A program made the position numbers and the translations under genes. The notes under the pieces were generated by a model. The model was not told the origin of the DNA. It searched no databases and worked only from the letters and a program-made list of their open reading frames with translations. Of a DNA stretch of 64,000 bases, positions 1 to 12,909 are shown piece by piece (within the stretch, counting starts at the first letter, position 1; each line of letters starts with the position of its first letter). The stretch comes from Paragordius varius (Eukaryota > Animalia > Nematomorpha), in assembly GCA_964247055.1 (NCBI GenBank), contig OZ176055.1:6200001-6264000 (forward strand), in the 5' to 3' direction.

Positions 1-730
1 ATATATAATATATATTTATGTTCTGGAACATATCATTCATGGTGCTTTTGTTTTGTTTTATGAGACATTTTAAAAATATCTACATCTATTTAGGATAACT
101 GCTCCATAACGAAAAATTGCAAAATCTAATAAAAAAATTCTCAAAAAATATCCAATTAAGCTAATTTGTTTGTATCAATACTGTATATTGAAAATCAAAA
201 CAGGTGTTGTTATATTTAATGTTCATATTCACTTAAAAAATTTAAAGTTTCGCGTGTCTTGAAACTAGTGTTAAATATTAATTGTGTTTTTAGTTTTCAA
301 AAGTAACCAAAATTTGAAGAAAAACGATACTTTTAATCAAATTGTAAAGATAATAATCTTGGATAGGATAAAATGTTGTACAAGTGTTATCCCATTTCCG
401 GGCATGCTAAATTAACATAAGTTTTTTTGATGTCATAATCTACCATTTAAAAAATTATATAGAGCTTTCTCACATTTTTATTGCTCGGACAGATCTAAAA
501 TTAAAATATGACAATGAATTTGGCTGTTTAAATACACTTTATGATATTTATTTGCTTTGTTTTTGCTTCTACCAAAGATTTAATATTATGTACCCTATTT
601 TAGCAGCTTTCAATTTGGAGCAATTACGACAATAATGTTAATAAATTTCTTAAATGACTCTCGTAAGCCCCCAGAACCATACGTGGAATTTCTATCATAT
701 TATATATATTTCAGGATATAGTTTTATGTA

Positions 731-992
731 CAGTAAAAATTTATGTGAACAAAAAGTAAAAATATAAAATGACATTTTTTTTTCAAAAGACAACCATAAT
801 TTTCAAATCTTGATTTTTTAAATATAAACCATTTTTTATATGCAAATTATGAAATCATTGGTAACGTAATTATATATTTTACAATTGTGATTAAATAGTT
901 TATGAGTTAAGGTTTTAGAAGGCATGGTTGTTTGAAAAAAATAATTATTTTTATGTCTTTGCGATTTGTCCGCATAACTTCAATTTTTACTG
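731..992. mobile_element. Tc1/mariner-type MITE (~262 bp)
   Basis: TIR CAGTAAAAATT (731) / AATTTTTACTG (992), TA on both flanks; internal AAAGACAACCAT / ATGGTTGT inverted motif; related copy at 25371-25662. Confidence 0.75.
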
Positions 993-1089
993 TATCTTCT
1001 TATATTGAGTTCTTAAATTAGGCGAAAAAATATATAACAAATTTAAAATTAATATCTTAGTACAAATTAATTTTAATAAGTATTATATA

Positions 1090-2300
1090 CACTGTGTGAA
1101 AAAAGAAGGTCATTTTGATTTGCCGAAATTTTTTTTTCATGAGATAGCATATGACCAATGAATTCATTTGCCGCAAAAATTATTATTTGTTGATAACCTA
1201 GTTTTTTAAATATTGCGAGAAAATCGAAATCGGGCTAAAAGTGAAAATTAAGGATAATTAAGGATATTTCAAAAAATAATGCTAAAATTTGAGATATTAT
1301 GGTTTATTATCATTTCAGGATATATTTTCAATATATAAATAGCCAAAATCATATAGTTAGGGTATAAAATTTCAGCTTAAAAAATGGCGTTTTTCTTTTA
1401 ACACACTCACAGACAAAATTTTTTTTAGGAAACTATATTAAATTTTTTTTAATTGTTTACTAGCTAAACACACTGTTAAAATATTAACATCCATATTTTA
1501 TTCAGTAAAAAATTTATATATCAAAATAAAGCCAAATATTTTTTTTATTTTTTAAGTGTATAAAAAATTTATACTGTTTGATTTTAGAATTTTACAGGAG
1601 TGCGAATTATAATGTATGTAATTTATTCAAAATAGGATTTAAAATTAGTGGAATATGAACCAACGATCCGTACAAATCACAACAAATATTATTTTGTAAT
1701 AAAACAGATTTGTTACAGGATTTGTAAGGATTGTTGGTTGATATTCCACTACTTTTAAATCCTATTTTGCATAATTATATAATTAATATTTTCCACTTAT
1801 GTAAGAATCCAAAATAAAACAGTATAAATATTTTATACACTCATAAACCAGATGACAAAAAAATGCAAAAATAAAATACAATATTTTTGGTTTTATTTTG
1901 ATATATAATTATTTTTTACTGAATAAAATATGAAAGTTAGATTTTAAAAGTGAGTTTAGGTAGTAAATAATTAATAAAAATTATTTTATAGTTTCATTAA
2001 ATATATTTATCTTTTAAATTTAAAAAGAAAAAAGTTATTTTTTGAGCTGAAATTTTATAGAAACCCTAACTATATGATTTTAGGCTATTTATATATAAAA
2101 TGATAATAAATCATAATATTTCAAATTTTATCATTTTTTGATTTATCCTTAATTATCCTTAATTTTAAATTTTTGCCCGATTTCGATTTTCTCTCAATAT
2201 TTCAAAAACTAGGTTGTCAACAAATAAAAATTTTGCGGCAAATGAATACGCTGTCAGAAGCTATCTCATGATTTTTATAAAAATTTTTTTACACACAGTG
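1090..2300. mobile_element. 1.2-kb imperfect palindrome (foldback non-autonomous DNA element, CACTG ends)
   Basis: Starts CACTGTGTGAAAAAA, ends TTTTTACACACAGTG, TA flanks; arms match throughout (e.g. AATTAAGGATAATTAAGGATA / TATCCTTAATTATCCTTAATT; AGTGGAATAT / ATATTCCACT) around a short spacer near 1680-1720. Confidence 0.8.
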
Positions 2301-2542
2301 TATATATCTGCTCTAGATTTTTTCCTTTTCGAATCGGATGTTTGCCGTTACATTCACTCTCATGGTCTTTTCAACATTATAAGATATGATCAATTCAATC
2401 ATGTGCCAGAGTTATTAAGGTGATGTCCAATTTTTTACTAGTCTATTATATATAATGCACACAAGTTTCAACAGATTCTCTGATAAACACTGCGTTTCAT
2501 GATCAAATGGTGAAAGAAATATCCTAATGAAATATATATATA

Positions 2543-3435
2543 CTGATAGGAAAATGTATCAGGATTATTACCGTACTTTTGGTTTTGGCCCTTACGAGTA
2601 ATTTAAAAAAGTTAGTCTCACTTCTGTGATAAGTGCTTCTAATCAGAAAATAGCGAAATTTTCTAACTTTTAAATAAAATTTTTTTGGTAAGAGGTGGTG
2701 GCTTTATTACAAAAAAAATATTACTTAAATATATCATAAACTACATATAAAATGCAAAAAATATTTTCAAAAAATTTCAATTTTTTATTTTTCACCTTCT
2801 AAAATGGGCAAGTCTTTTAAAAAAAGGCAAACGTTTTAACATATTATAAAACACTTTATTTATATAATTCAATAATGCTGAACATTTTCTTAGCTTTAAA
2901 ATATTTGATTAAATATTTCTTCGTCTTCCAATTCATGCCAATTATAAATTGTGATTCTTACAAAATAACAAAATTTGAAAGCGAACGAATCCTCATATTA
3001 AAAATCTAAGCGATAGAAATGTTAAGCATAATCGATTAATGTAGAAAAAGTGTTTTTAATTTATTTCCATCATGGATTGAAATAGTATGAAGTAGCTTCA
3101 ACAAAATTTTGCTGAAATTAAATTTGTAAAGTTGTATAATTTCGCATATATATTTAAAATTTTTATCGCGCAAACTCGGAATTTTTCCGTTTTAAAGAGA
3201 GCTAGCTCATTTTACAAGGGCGAAAAATTCAAAAATTACAAATTTAAAAATATTTTTTTGCTTTTTATATGTGGTTTATAATATTTAGTATATTTTTTGA
3301 AATAAAACATTTAGCTTTCACGAAAAAATTTAATTTAAGTGGTGCTGTTACCATAAAAGTGTAGATAACTTTCTTATATAATTTGAAGGGCCAAAACTAA
3401 AAGCAATATCATAATCATGATATATTTCCTATCAA
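2543..3435. mobile_element. TA-flanked MITE with long subterminal inverted repeats
   Basis: CTGATAGGAAAATGTATC...GGTTTTGGCCCTT on the left mirrored by AAGGGCCAAAACT...GATATATTTCCTATCAA on the right; (TA)n flanks; similar ends near 660-720 and 43866/44816. Confidence 0.65.
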
Positions 3436-3958
3436 TATATATCTCATCAAGATAATTTTACCCCTAATTTTGGCCGCGTTATATATATATATATATAGCA
3501 ACGTTCCACTAAAAATGATTGTTAACAACAATGTGTCCAATGATATGCCTCAAAAGTTTTTTGAGGTTTGGTTCACTTCATACTTTCGAAGATACATTAA
3601 CCAATCATCACTATCACTGCTTATGTTTGAACAAACTTGGATAGAGCAATTGATTGGAAACCTTCACAATATAACGTTTAAAACAATTAATCAAGTAATA
3701 TATGAAATAAATTTGTTACGGAAATCATGCAATAAAAATAATTGTTAAGGTTTATTTTCCTAACCATTTTAACTGCAAGCATCGTTAATATTTATATTTT
3801 TGAACAGTTTGAAATCACCATTCACCCAAGTGACCATCCTTGCAAACTTTACATAACTCATCTTAAACCGTTTCGCACTGAGATATTATCATATGCCAAT
3901 GCTAATAAACGAGTAAAAAACAAAATGTTTATTTATAAAATTAACATATTTTTTAAAA

Positions 3959-4249
3959 CAGTGGTTTCCAAAAGGGGGCGTAGAAAATCTAAGGAAGGCG
4001 CGAAAATTTTGGAGAATCGAATTAAATAAAACTAGAAAAAAATTAAAGAATTTCAGGTGTGAATTATCAAGATTTGTCACCGATATGGAAAAAATATTTG
4101 AAAAATGCAGATATAAGGATCTCATTGATTGGGATTTTTATTATATTATAATGTATTGTCCATTTTTATTTTGGATTTTTTGAGAGGGGGGCGTAAAAAT
4201 TTTTATATTCATTTTGATGGGGCGTGAACAAAAAAGTTGGGAATTACTG
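3959..4249. mobile_element. hAT (Charlie-like) MITE
   Basis: TIRs CAGTGGTTTCCAA / TTGGGAATTACTG; perfect 8-bp TSD TTTTAAAA (3951-3958, 4250-4257); internal GGGGCG motifs. Confidence 0.8.
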
Positions 4250-4442
4250 TTTTAAAAGAAAATAAGGGTTATTCCTTTTGAGACTCATTTTTCTAATAAA
4301 TTCGATGATATGCTTTAAGAAATAGGAAAAAATTTAAGAGCCGAAGCGCCTTATATGAAAAGACGGATAATACTTTATAGTTGTCCGAAACGTACAGTTT
4401 TTATTTATTTTCCAAAAAAATAAAAATATGATTGCATATATA

Positions 4443-4965
4443 CCATTTGCACTTAAGGTTGGTCTTGATCCTTGAACATTTAAAGTTGGTCTTTCAATTT
4501 TTTTTTGTTTTTATCTTTTATCAATCTTGGCATATCTTTCATCTTTTTTTATCATTTTTAACGCCTTTTTATTTAACAAAAACTTTTAAATATATATCAG
4601 TTCTTTATCATTCAGAAACCGTATAATTTTATTGATCTCGTAAAAAATATTTCAATATTAATAAGATTTTAAAAGGATAGTTCTAGGTGATTAATTATAA
4701 ATTTTTGTTAAAAAATTTATAATAAAATTACATCGAAACAAAAAGCGATTTCTGAATGAAGAATATTAGTTTTAAATGAGAAAATGAAATGAGGAAAAAA
4801 ATAAAAATAAATAAATATATGCAATGTTAATTTAAAAAGTTGAAGGACCAACTCAAAGTGTGAAAGACCAACTTGAAGTGTTGAAGGATTAACTTGAAAT
4901 GTTTGAGACCAACGTGAAATGTTTAAGGCTTGAAGTGTTCAAGGAAACTCTTTAAGTGCAAATGG
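4443..4965. mobile_element. TA-flanked element with CCATTT termini and subterminal ~20-bp tandem repeats
   Basis: TIR CCATTTGCACTTAA / TTAAGTGCAAATGG; tandem units like GAAAGACCAACTTGAAGTGTT at 4840-4945, mirrored at 4455-4497. Confidence 0.75.
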
Positions 4966-5261
4966 TATATATTAATGAGAATGTACCTTCATATATGAGA
5001 ACAATCATGATCTGGAAATAAATAGATTTCATCAGTCATGGGTATTATTACTTTATTAATCAAGATAATAATGTAATACATAATAATTATATACAAATTA
5101 ATTTATATGGATATATATTTAATATTATTTTTTGATTAATATTTTTTTATTCGGTTTAGTTACCTCGCATATATCTACATTGGTAATTGTGACTGCTTAT
5201 GACCATATTAGAGTTGTAGTCTGGTAATTTAGACCGGTTAAAATCCCGATCGTAGCTTTAA

Positions 5262-6178
5262 ATTGATTTTTTATGATTGTGCGCCCTCTTTATCAAAATT
5301 TTACTAAAATATTTTTTCTTTGAAAATATACAAGAAATGCCCATTTGTTATATATTTGAAAGAGTAATAATAACCCTATAAAATGCATACTAGTATGTTT
5401 TTCATGGATAGTTAATATGATAGGAGCCGACAAACCCACAAAGCGAGAGTCTTTTTGTCAATAAATATATTTTTAAAGCAATGGATGAAAAAAGTTCAGA
5501 CTTTGTATATATGGCAATGAATATCTAAAAAACATAACACAATAGGTTTTTTCAATTAAACACTTATTTTTTGCTTTTATGTATTCAAAACAGCTATTTT
5601 TAGTCTTTAAAATTACCATCTCATAAATATTAATTATTTGAGAAGGCTTATAATTTTTAAATTTCAAAGACTACAAATAAAGTTCAAAGCATTCTTGATC
5701 TTTGACACACCTTAGGCAATATGCATTTAAAAGTTTTAATTTTAACATCCACTAGCTAGAATAAATTTGATAATAATGATTTTGATTGAAAACCAAAAGC
5801 TTTTTGAAATATTTTTTTAAATTTTATATATATAACCTTAATAATTATATTAAAAAATTTATATGATAATATTAGTTGACATGTGAAAATTTTTGACTTC
5901 TTTATGGGTGTAATATTTTAACTATATAAAGCTAAATAACTTTTACATCAGATTGATTTAAATGACTCACTGCCATTCAAAATCAGCCTCTCGCGCTCTT
6001 TCTAATGATATGAAATACATTATATATCTAAAACTTTTAATTTTGAAAGTTTCGATTTTAATGTTATCGGGGCCAAAATTATCGATAAACTTTAATATAA
6101 TAATTCATGGTGTTAGACTAATTTTCTTTAGATACACTATTTATGTACTTAAGTGAAATAAAATTTAAATTTACAACA
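5262..6178 (+). repeat. ~0.9-kb dispersed repeat, copy A (unclassified non-autonomous element)
   Basis: Colinear with 58483-59443 (e.g. GCGCCCTCTTTATCAAAATTTTACTAAAA, AAACCAAAAGCTTTT, AAATTATCGATAAACT); boundaries approximate. Confidence 0.8.
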
Positions 6179-6289
6179 CTTAAAAAAGTCAAATAGCTAC
6201 TATGATTTGTGAAACCTCACTTGGGTTATTCATGTTATAATGTTTTATAAAATACACTGCAATGTAGGTTTAAATATTTTTTAACTTAG

Positions 6290-7290
6290 AAATACTGGAC
6301 GATGAGACAATTATTGATTATAATTTGACATATTATTTTTTGTATGAACATGAATAATGTTGGTTCCTTAGATATTTATGTCTTTATACAAAATGCTTTA
6401 ACTTAAAGATCAACATTTATCAAATCAATGAAACGTTAACAATATCTTTGGGAGACCGCAATGTACGCTTTTCCTACAGTTTTGTTTCTAAAATTACGTG
6501 TCAAGGATCATACATTGGAAACCATCGAACTCATTCCGTTTCTCAAATTTCGATATTTGATTCGGATGCCTTTATAATCATTAATGCACCACTTTATAAT
6601 TGTTATTAATTATATAAAACTTAATTTTAAATTAAATTACATTTAAATTGAGTTTTAGAAGCAATCAATTTATATATCAGTGCTCTGCGCGTGACTGTGA
6701 CCTATTCGAATTAAAATGGTAGTAAACTGAAAATTAAAAGATGGCGCAAGTGAAAAGATAAATACTTGTCATTGATCATCGTTATGGCTTTTTATCCCCA
6801 TTTAAGAGCCATCAGCCTCTGCACACAAAAAATATTCTGATGAAATATGTATACTGACAGATTAATAAGGGGTAGCCAACATAAAATGCTTGTAGGGCCG
6901 CATTCGAAAAAATATATGGGCATTAACATAAATTTTATTAGATTTTAAACTTACTTTAAAAATTTTACGATAATCCATTATTTTTTGATTTTTATTTTTA
7001 AAAAAGAATTATCAATTATACTTGATTTTGTGAATTAGCAATTTTTTAACTGTAAAATTTTGTATTGGTATTTTCTTAAATTTCTCGTAGGCTCCTGAAA
7101 TAATCTGGATAGCCGCATGCTGCCCGCGTGTTGGGCAACCCTGAATTAATGTTTCGGGAATTCATGGAGCTTTGGATTTTAGCTATACGCAATATAAGAG
7201 AGTTCGTAGCAAGTGCGTGATCTCGAGATGGCGATTCCTCCCTTTTTGAATAATTTTTTTGTAAAAGCCAGACGCATATCACTTAATATA
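6290..7290 (+). mobile_element. Degenerate RTE-like LINE reverse-transcriptase fragment, interrupted by a hAT MITE
   Basis: Frameshifted remnants ILDDETII (xADD-like), LKINI, TLETI..FRYL, MELWILA (E.W.L) in the order expected for the C-terminal half of RTE RT. Confidence 0.4.
6868..7143. mobile_element. hAT MITE
   Basis: Ends AGGGGTAGCCAAC / GTTGGGCAACCCTG; GGGCCGCA and GCCCGCG subterminal motifs; degenerate TSD gattaata/aattaatg. Confidence 0.65.
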
Positions 7291-8420
7291 AAAAAGGAAA
7301 ATGGCTATTTTATAATATATTATATTTGAGAGGTGGGCTCCCATAGTTTTAAATTTTTTAACATATATAGAACACGGAGAATCTTAAAATAAATTTCATG
7401 CTGATCTTGCGCGATAAAAAATCAAAATATATGCTAAATTTTGACATCACAAGGAATTGTTTCCAGAAAAATTGGATATTTCGCTTAAAAATATAAATTG
7501 GTGAAGCAAGTTTTAAGGTATTTTGAAGCATAGTGGAACAGTATAAATAAAATATTATATAAAAAACTTTTTTTTAGTAATTAGATGATACTGACCATTT
7601 CTAAAACCATCGAGTAAAAGATTTATTTGCAGACAAATAAATCATTTTTCATCTAGTGTAACACGCTTATACCTCCTTTTCATTTTTTGCGGCGACATAT
7701 TGGAATAGTTTTTGACCTCACAGCTAAAGTAGTATTAAAACTACTGCTTTGAAAGTTTTGGCTATATTTTTTAATTTAACCCTCTTCTCATATTTAATAA
7801 AAAACTAAGTATTTTTACTATTTAATTATTAGTGTCCCAAATTCACTCCGAAACACGATGAAACCAAAAATTTTCTCATAAATTGTGAATTGGAAGCTTT
7901 ATAAAATAATTAATTATATTTTTTTAACCATAATATACAGTTATATGCGTGTTGTATTTTCGATATTAAAAAAAATGACGGCAACAAACTTTGAGATGAT
8001 GGTTTTTTTACAATTTTACATTGAAAAAACATTTTTGAACCATACGCCTAATACTAATGAAATCATATTTTTAAATTTGGGTCAGTGCCAAAAATATTTT
8101 TAAAGATATTTAAATTAAAGCCGAAGTATTAAACTACCTCACAAGATCAGGACTTTCATACTATATCATGGATATATTTATTTTTTTGTTGAAAATATTA
8201 TGACCTTACTACAACTAATGTGATGATTGTTTTTATAACTTGCCAATTAAAATTGTAATTCATTTAAACATTTTTCCAAAACCATTCTCAACATTTCTGA
8301 CCTTTTGGGGTAGTAATCTTTCCCAAAGCAACTTAAAAGTTGAATATCTTAATAGGTATTTAAGGTATTCAGTAGAATTAATATGCTTTCTATAGCCTTT
8401 CAGGCGCATTATAAATTTAA

Positions 8421-9200
8421 CACTTCTATACCTTTCAGTTTTTGGTCTAGTTTACATATTGGGTAGTTTTGCGTCACAGAGCTCAATTTTGTTAATAAAC
8501 TACAATGAATTTTTAGTTAAAAATTTATTTACAAAACACTCTTCTCAGATATTGAAAAAAACTTATATTTAAAGTTTTGCGACTTTTAGAGTCTAAAATT
8601 GGGATACCTCCACAACACGATTGAACTGTTTAAATTAAAATGTATCAATTTTTGCTGGTAAAATGTAGCCTGAAATTGAAAAGTTAATTATTTATATTTT
8701 TTAAACATTATATACATTATTTATATGTCGCATAAGTGATTTAAAAAATATGTAAAAAATAGTGGCAACAAAGTTTAAGATGAGGATTTTTTTACAATTT
8801 TGCATTTTTTTAATTTTTTTTTAAAATGCGCCTGAACTAAAGAAAGCATATTTTTAAACTCGGCTTAATACCTTAAATACTTTTTTAATTCAAATTTTAT
8901 ATCGATCAAGGATTTAAAACTACCCAAAAAGGTCAAGTATTTTCAGACTACATTTTACCAGCAAAAAGTTTTACTTTGATATTAATATCATCTGTTCGTT
9001 TCAATCGTATTTGGAGCTGTCGTATTTTAAAACTCTATAACTAACTAAACTGTAAAAATATAATCTTTTCTAATACATGATAACAATGTTTAATTGAATT
9101 TAAAACAAAATAACATCCAAAACAATAGATTTTTACATTTGAGCTCTGGGACATAAAATCACCTTAATGTGTCAGCAAGCACAAAAAGGGTCATGAAGTG
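8421..9200. mobile_element. piggyBac-like MITE (TTAA-flanked)
   Basis: TTAA|CACTTC...GAAGTG|TTAA; long internal inverted segments (8462-8700 vs 8930-9160); related sequence at 7776-8420, 11844-12230, 42311-42856 and ~57720-57800. Confidence 0.7.
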
Positions 9201-9328
9201 TTAATCAATTACCGTTATAAAACGCCATACATATAAAAAGCATTTTATGCACATATCTGTTAAATATAATATTTTTAGATATTTTTTCCTTTGAATAATA
9301 TATTGATGTCAACATCAATAGATTATAC

Positions 9329-11764
9329 CAGTGGTACTCACCAAAAAAATTTGACGGGCCAAATAAAATATATTTTTTTTTCGAGGGCCATGAACCTTAT
9401 AATGGCAAATATTCTATAGCTATACACATATGCAGATAATTATTCTCTAAGTCAGAACAATGAATTTTTTGCGGATCGCATGTAAATCCAGCTAAAATCT
9501 GGTTTACCATTTAGTTTAAAAAATTAAAATATTTTGATAACAATTTTTATTTTGATATTAACAAATATTTTTGACAAATTTGGTTTCACCTCATGACAGG
9601 CCAATCTTAATACGTCCATATGATCATCGGTTAAGCGGTTTCTGTATGTATTCTTGACATATTTTATTTTTGAATATGACGTCTCACACGTGAAAAAGAG
9701 TTAGGATAACTTGGGCACATTTTTATATATTTTCATATTTATTTGGCACATCTTGCCAAAACTCTACATATCTTTCTTCTCAACGATTCTCTTTGAATAT
9801 CCAAATTGGAATTTTAAACCTACGAAGTCTTCAATGATATGCGCCTGATCAAAACCGAAATGCTCTCAAGTTGTTTAATATTTAATATATCCATATGCCA
9901 TGGATTTTCCACGAGTTTTAAGCAATTTTTAATATAATTTAATTTTTGAAATCTGAATTATATCTCATTAGATAAAAATGTTAGATGATCTATTATTAAA
10001 TTAATCTCCGCGGTAAAATCCATATATTTTTTATGAATCGTTTTAAGTGTTGGATATAGGAGTGTTTAATTTATAAAATCTAGATATTATTAATTTTCAA
10101 AAGATATTACATTAACAATTTGGGTTATTATTTTGCTTCCTGGACGACGTATTAAAAAAGTTTATAAGTAATGTTTCAAAGGTAGGCTAATAAAACCTAC
10201 CATATGTTACTAATTTCCTCTTCAAACTTTCTGTTATCTTTTATAAATTATAGAATTTCATGTCTTAAAACAAAAAATCTATTTAATACTTTGCTATAGC
10301 CATCTCACAGCAGTGTACAAAAGAATATAATTAAACTCACTGTCGATATCTTTCAGGAGGTATTTGAATTTACAGCGGTTGAATTCTCTGCCACGGATGC
10401 GGTTAACTATATCCACAACCGTTACTGAATTAAGTGATTCATCTTTTACACGCGAAACCAAGTTTGATGAATAAAGCAGTAAAAGGATAAAATATTTTGT
10501 AAATTATATTTGTTTTTTAAAAGAGGAATAAATCCTTTGGTTATTCCAATCATAGAGGGACAGCCATCTGTGCAGATTGACACCATTTTTTCATAGATAT
10601 ATCATTATTATCGAAAAAGGTGTTAATTATTTCGAGAAAATCACTTCCTTTCATGGTATTATTTATTGGTAAAAATTTTAAATATTCGTTGATTATGTTG
10701 TCGTTGCAAAATCTTACGAAGAGCGCACATTGAGGTGTTGTACTAATATCAGTGCTAGAATCAATAGCATTACCAAAATATTTGCAGTTTTTCAAAGCCA
10801 ATATTGTATTGTTAAAAATATATTTAGACATATCTTCAATGCGTCGAGCACATGTTGCAGAAAGTTGAAGTTTTTAATTTGCCTCATGATTTGATCTTTA
10901 TATGGAATTTATCAAATAAAAAAGTGCAACCATTTTTTAGACATTCTTTTAGTTGGCAATCAACAAACGGTTTCATATTTTTTCCTAAAATATAACAAAT
11001 TTCATACGAAGCTAATTATACAACTTTTTTCTGGGAAAGTTATGGACATAATAGATTTTCCTTTCTGGTATAATTCCTTAATCTTTTTATATTTTTCGTT
11101 TTTCCTCATGATTTTCTGGTAATTTATGAGAAAAATGGATTGTAAAATTTCAATATTGTTTTTTTATTATAATGTTGTCCTTACATATAAGGTAGGTAAC
11201 AACATTTTTATTTATAACGACAAAGAATATTTCTTCCCATTCTTTTTTAAAGGGCGATTTTCATCGGACGTTTTTTAGCATTAGATGTCATTTTTTAAAT
11301 TTATGTTTAAATATTATGTAAATTTTTTCAAAAAATATTACGCTATAAAAAATCAAGTTGAAATTTAATGATGTTTATTTGGAAAATAATTTATGGGAAA
11401 GATTTATAAAAACTGAGGCGGGAGAGCTATGAAAAGAATATGTATATGCAAGTTTAAGTGAAAGGCTTGCTTAAATACAAAAAAGGATTGCAATAAAAAT
11501 TTCAAAATAGAAAAGAAAATAGAATACAGACACAGAAGCAACGTGTGCCAAAATTTTGAAATTATTTTAATGTAGGAAAATTTTTTACATTTCGAATTGA
11601 GTAAAAAATAAAAATTACCAAAATTTCTAAAGAAAATAAATTAATATTAAAATAATCGAAAATTCGTTTATGTGTTAAAAAAATAATATAAGTATCGATA
11701 TGGTCATAGGGCAATTTTAAAGCACTCTTAGGGCCGCATGCGGCCCGCGGTTTGAGTATCACTG
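9329..11764 (-). mobile_element. hAT (Buster/Charlie/SPIN-like) DNA transposon with pseudogenised transposase
   Basis: TIRs CAGTGGTACTCA / TGAGTATCACTG; perfect 8-bp TSD GATTATAC (9321-9328, 11765-11772; central TA); minus-strand remnants AIDSSTDISTTPQCALFVRF (DESTD..QL..F.R motif, ORF 10550-10831) and C-terminal TCETSYSKIKYVKNTYRNRLTDD dimerisation motif; many stops. Confidence 0.92.
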
Positions 11765-11843
11765 GATTATACTAATTAATCTTGTATTTAACTGTTAATC
11801 AATAATTTAAAAAACTTAAAATATGAATAAATATAATATTTAC

Positions 11844-12230
11844 CACTTCATAACCTTTTCACTGTTTGATCCGCTTTACCTTTATGGCGTGGTTTTTACC
11901 CAAAGCTCAATCTTGTAGATAAACTACTGTTTTTCGAAAAAAATTAGGTAAAATTTAATTTTCTAACTTCTCCTGTATTAGATGATAAAATCTTACATTT
12001 TATACAGTTTTGTTTGAAAATTCAGACAGCTCAAAACAATGGCTGATTATATTCAATTAGTTATTGCTGGTAAAATGCAATCAAAAGCTTTTAAAAGTTA
12101 ATTATTTTAATTTTTGAACCATGTTATACATTTATTGGCCTATTATAATAGTAATTTGAAAAATTAAGGAAATGACAGCAAAAAAGTGATGAGTTACAAT
12201 CTTTTTAAGGCTAAAAAGGCATGTTATTGA
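11844..12230. mobile_element. Degenerate piggyBac-like MITE copy
   Basis: Left end CACTTCATAACCTTTT like the 8421/42311 family; internal GCTCAATCTTGTA and GCTGGTAAAATG family motifs; right end poorly defined. Confidence 0.45.
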
Positions 12231-12909
12231 ATTCAGCCCAATATATTATATGCTTCTTAAGAGATTGAAATTAAATCGTTCTGGGATGTAAAATTATCCC
12301 GTGAAGGAATCATAAAAAAATTCAAAGCGCCTGTAGAAATGTACCAATGGATAATCAGATGTATACTCCCATGTGAAAGATATTTTTACGCTTTTAATTT
12401 TTATCGGAAAAAGAAGCGAGTAAGATATCTATTTTTACCCTTAAAATCTTTTTTTTAAGCAAACTCGGAACTATTTATAATTTACAATTTAAAATTAAAA
12501 AAATTTGTTTTTATTTTTAAAATTACCAAAAAATCAATAGATATTGTGAAGATTTATTATTGTATCATAATATATTTAATCATGATGATTCATCAGATGA
12601 AAACTTAACTTTTTTGCTCTGATCCTAATAGCAATTAATTTAAATACAACTTAATTTTATAAGCTCTTACATAATTATTTTGATTTTTTAAGCCTTCATA
12701 TATTGTATGTTTAATTTAACTAATTGAGTATTTTGTATTTTACTATTTAGTGAATAACCCATAATGTATTGTAACCAACCTTTGAACAGAATTCATTTAT
12801 ATTATGAAATATATATTAAAAATTTTAATTAGTGCTAACAAACACTAAACTCATCTTTAACAATTGCAATTCCAATCATCCACAAAAAGGTGTAATTAAT
12901 ATAAACCAA

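Noticed and set aside
2214-8103. Short ORFs of 60-95 aa in the first 8 kb (and similar ones at 55859, 57357, 61634, 61986)
   Set aside because: Low-complexity F/I/K/N-rich translations, mostly inside MITEs or repeats, with no motifs or splice context; expected by chance in AT-rich DNA.
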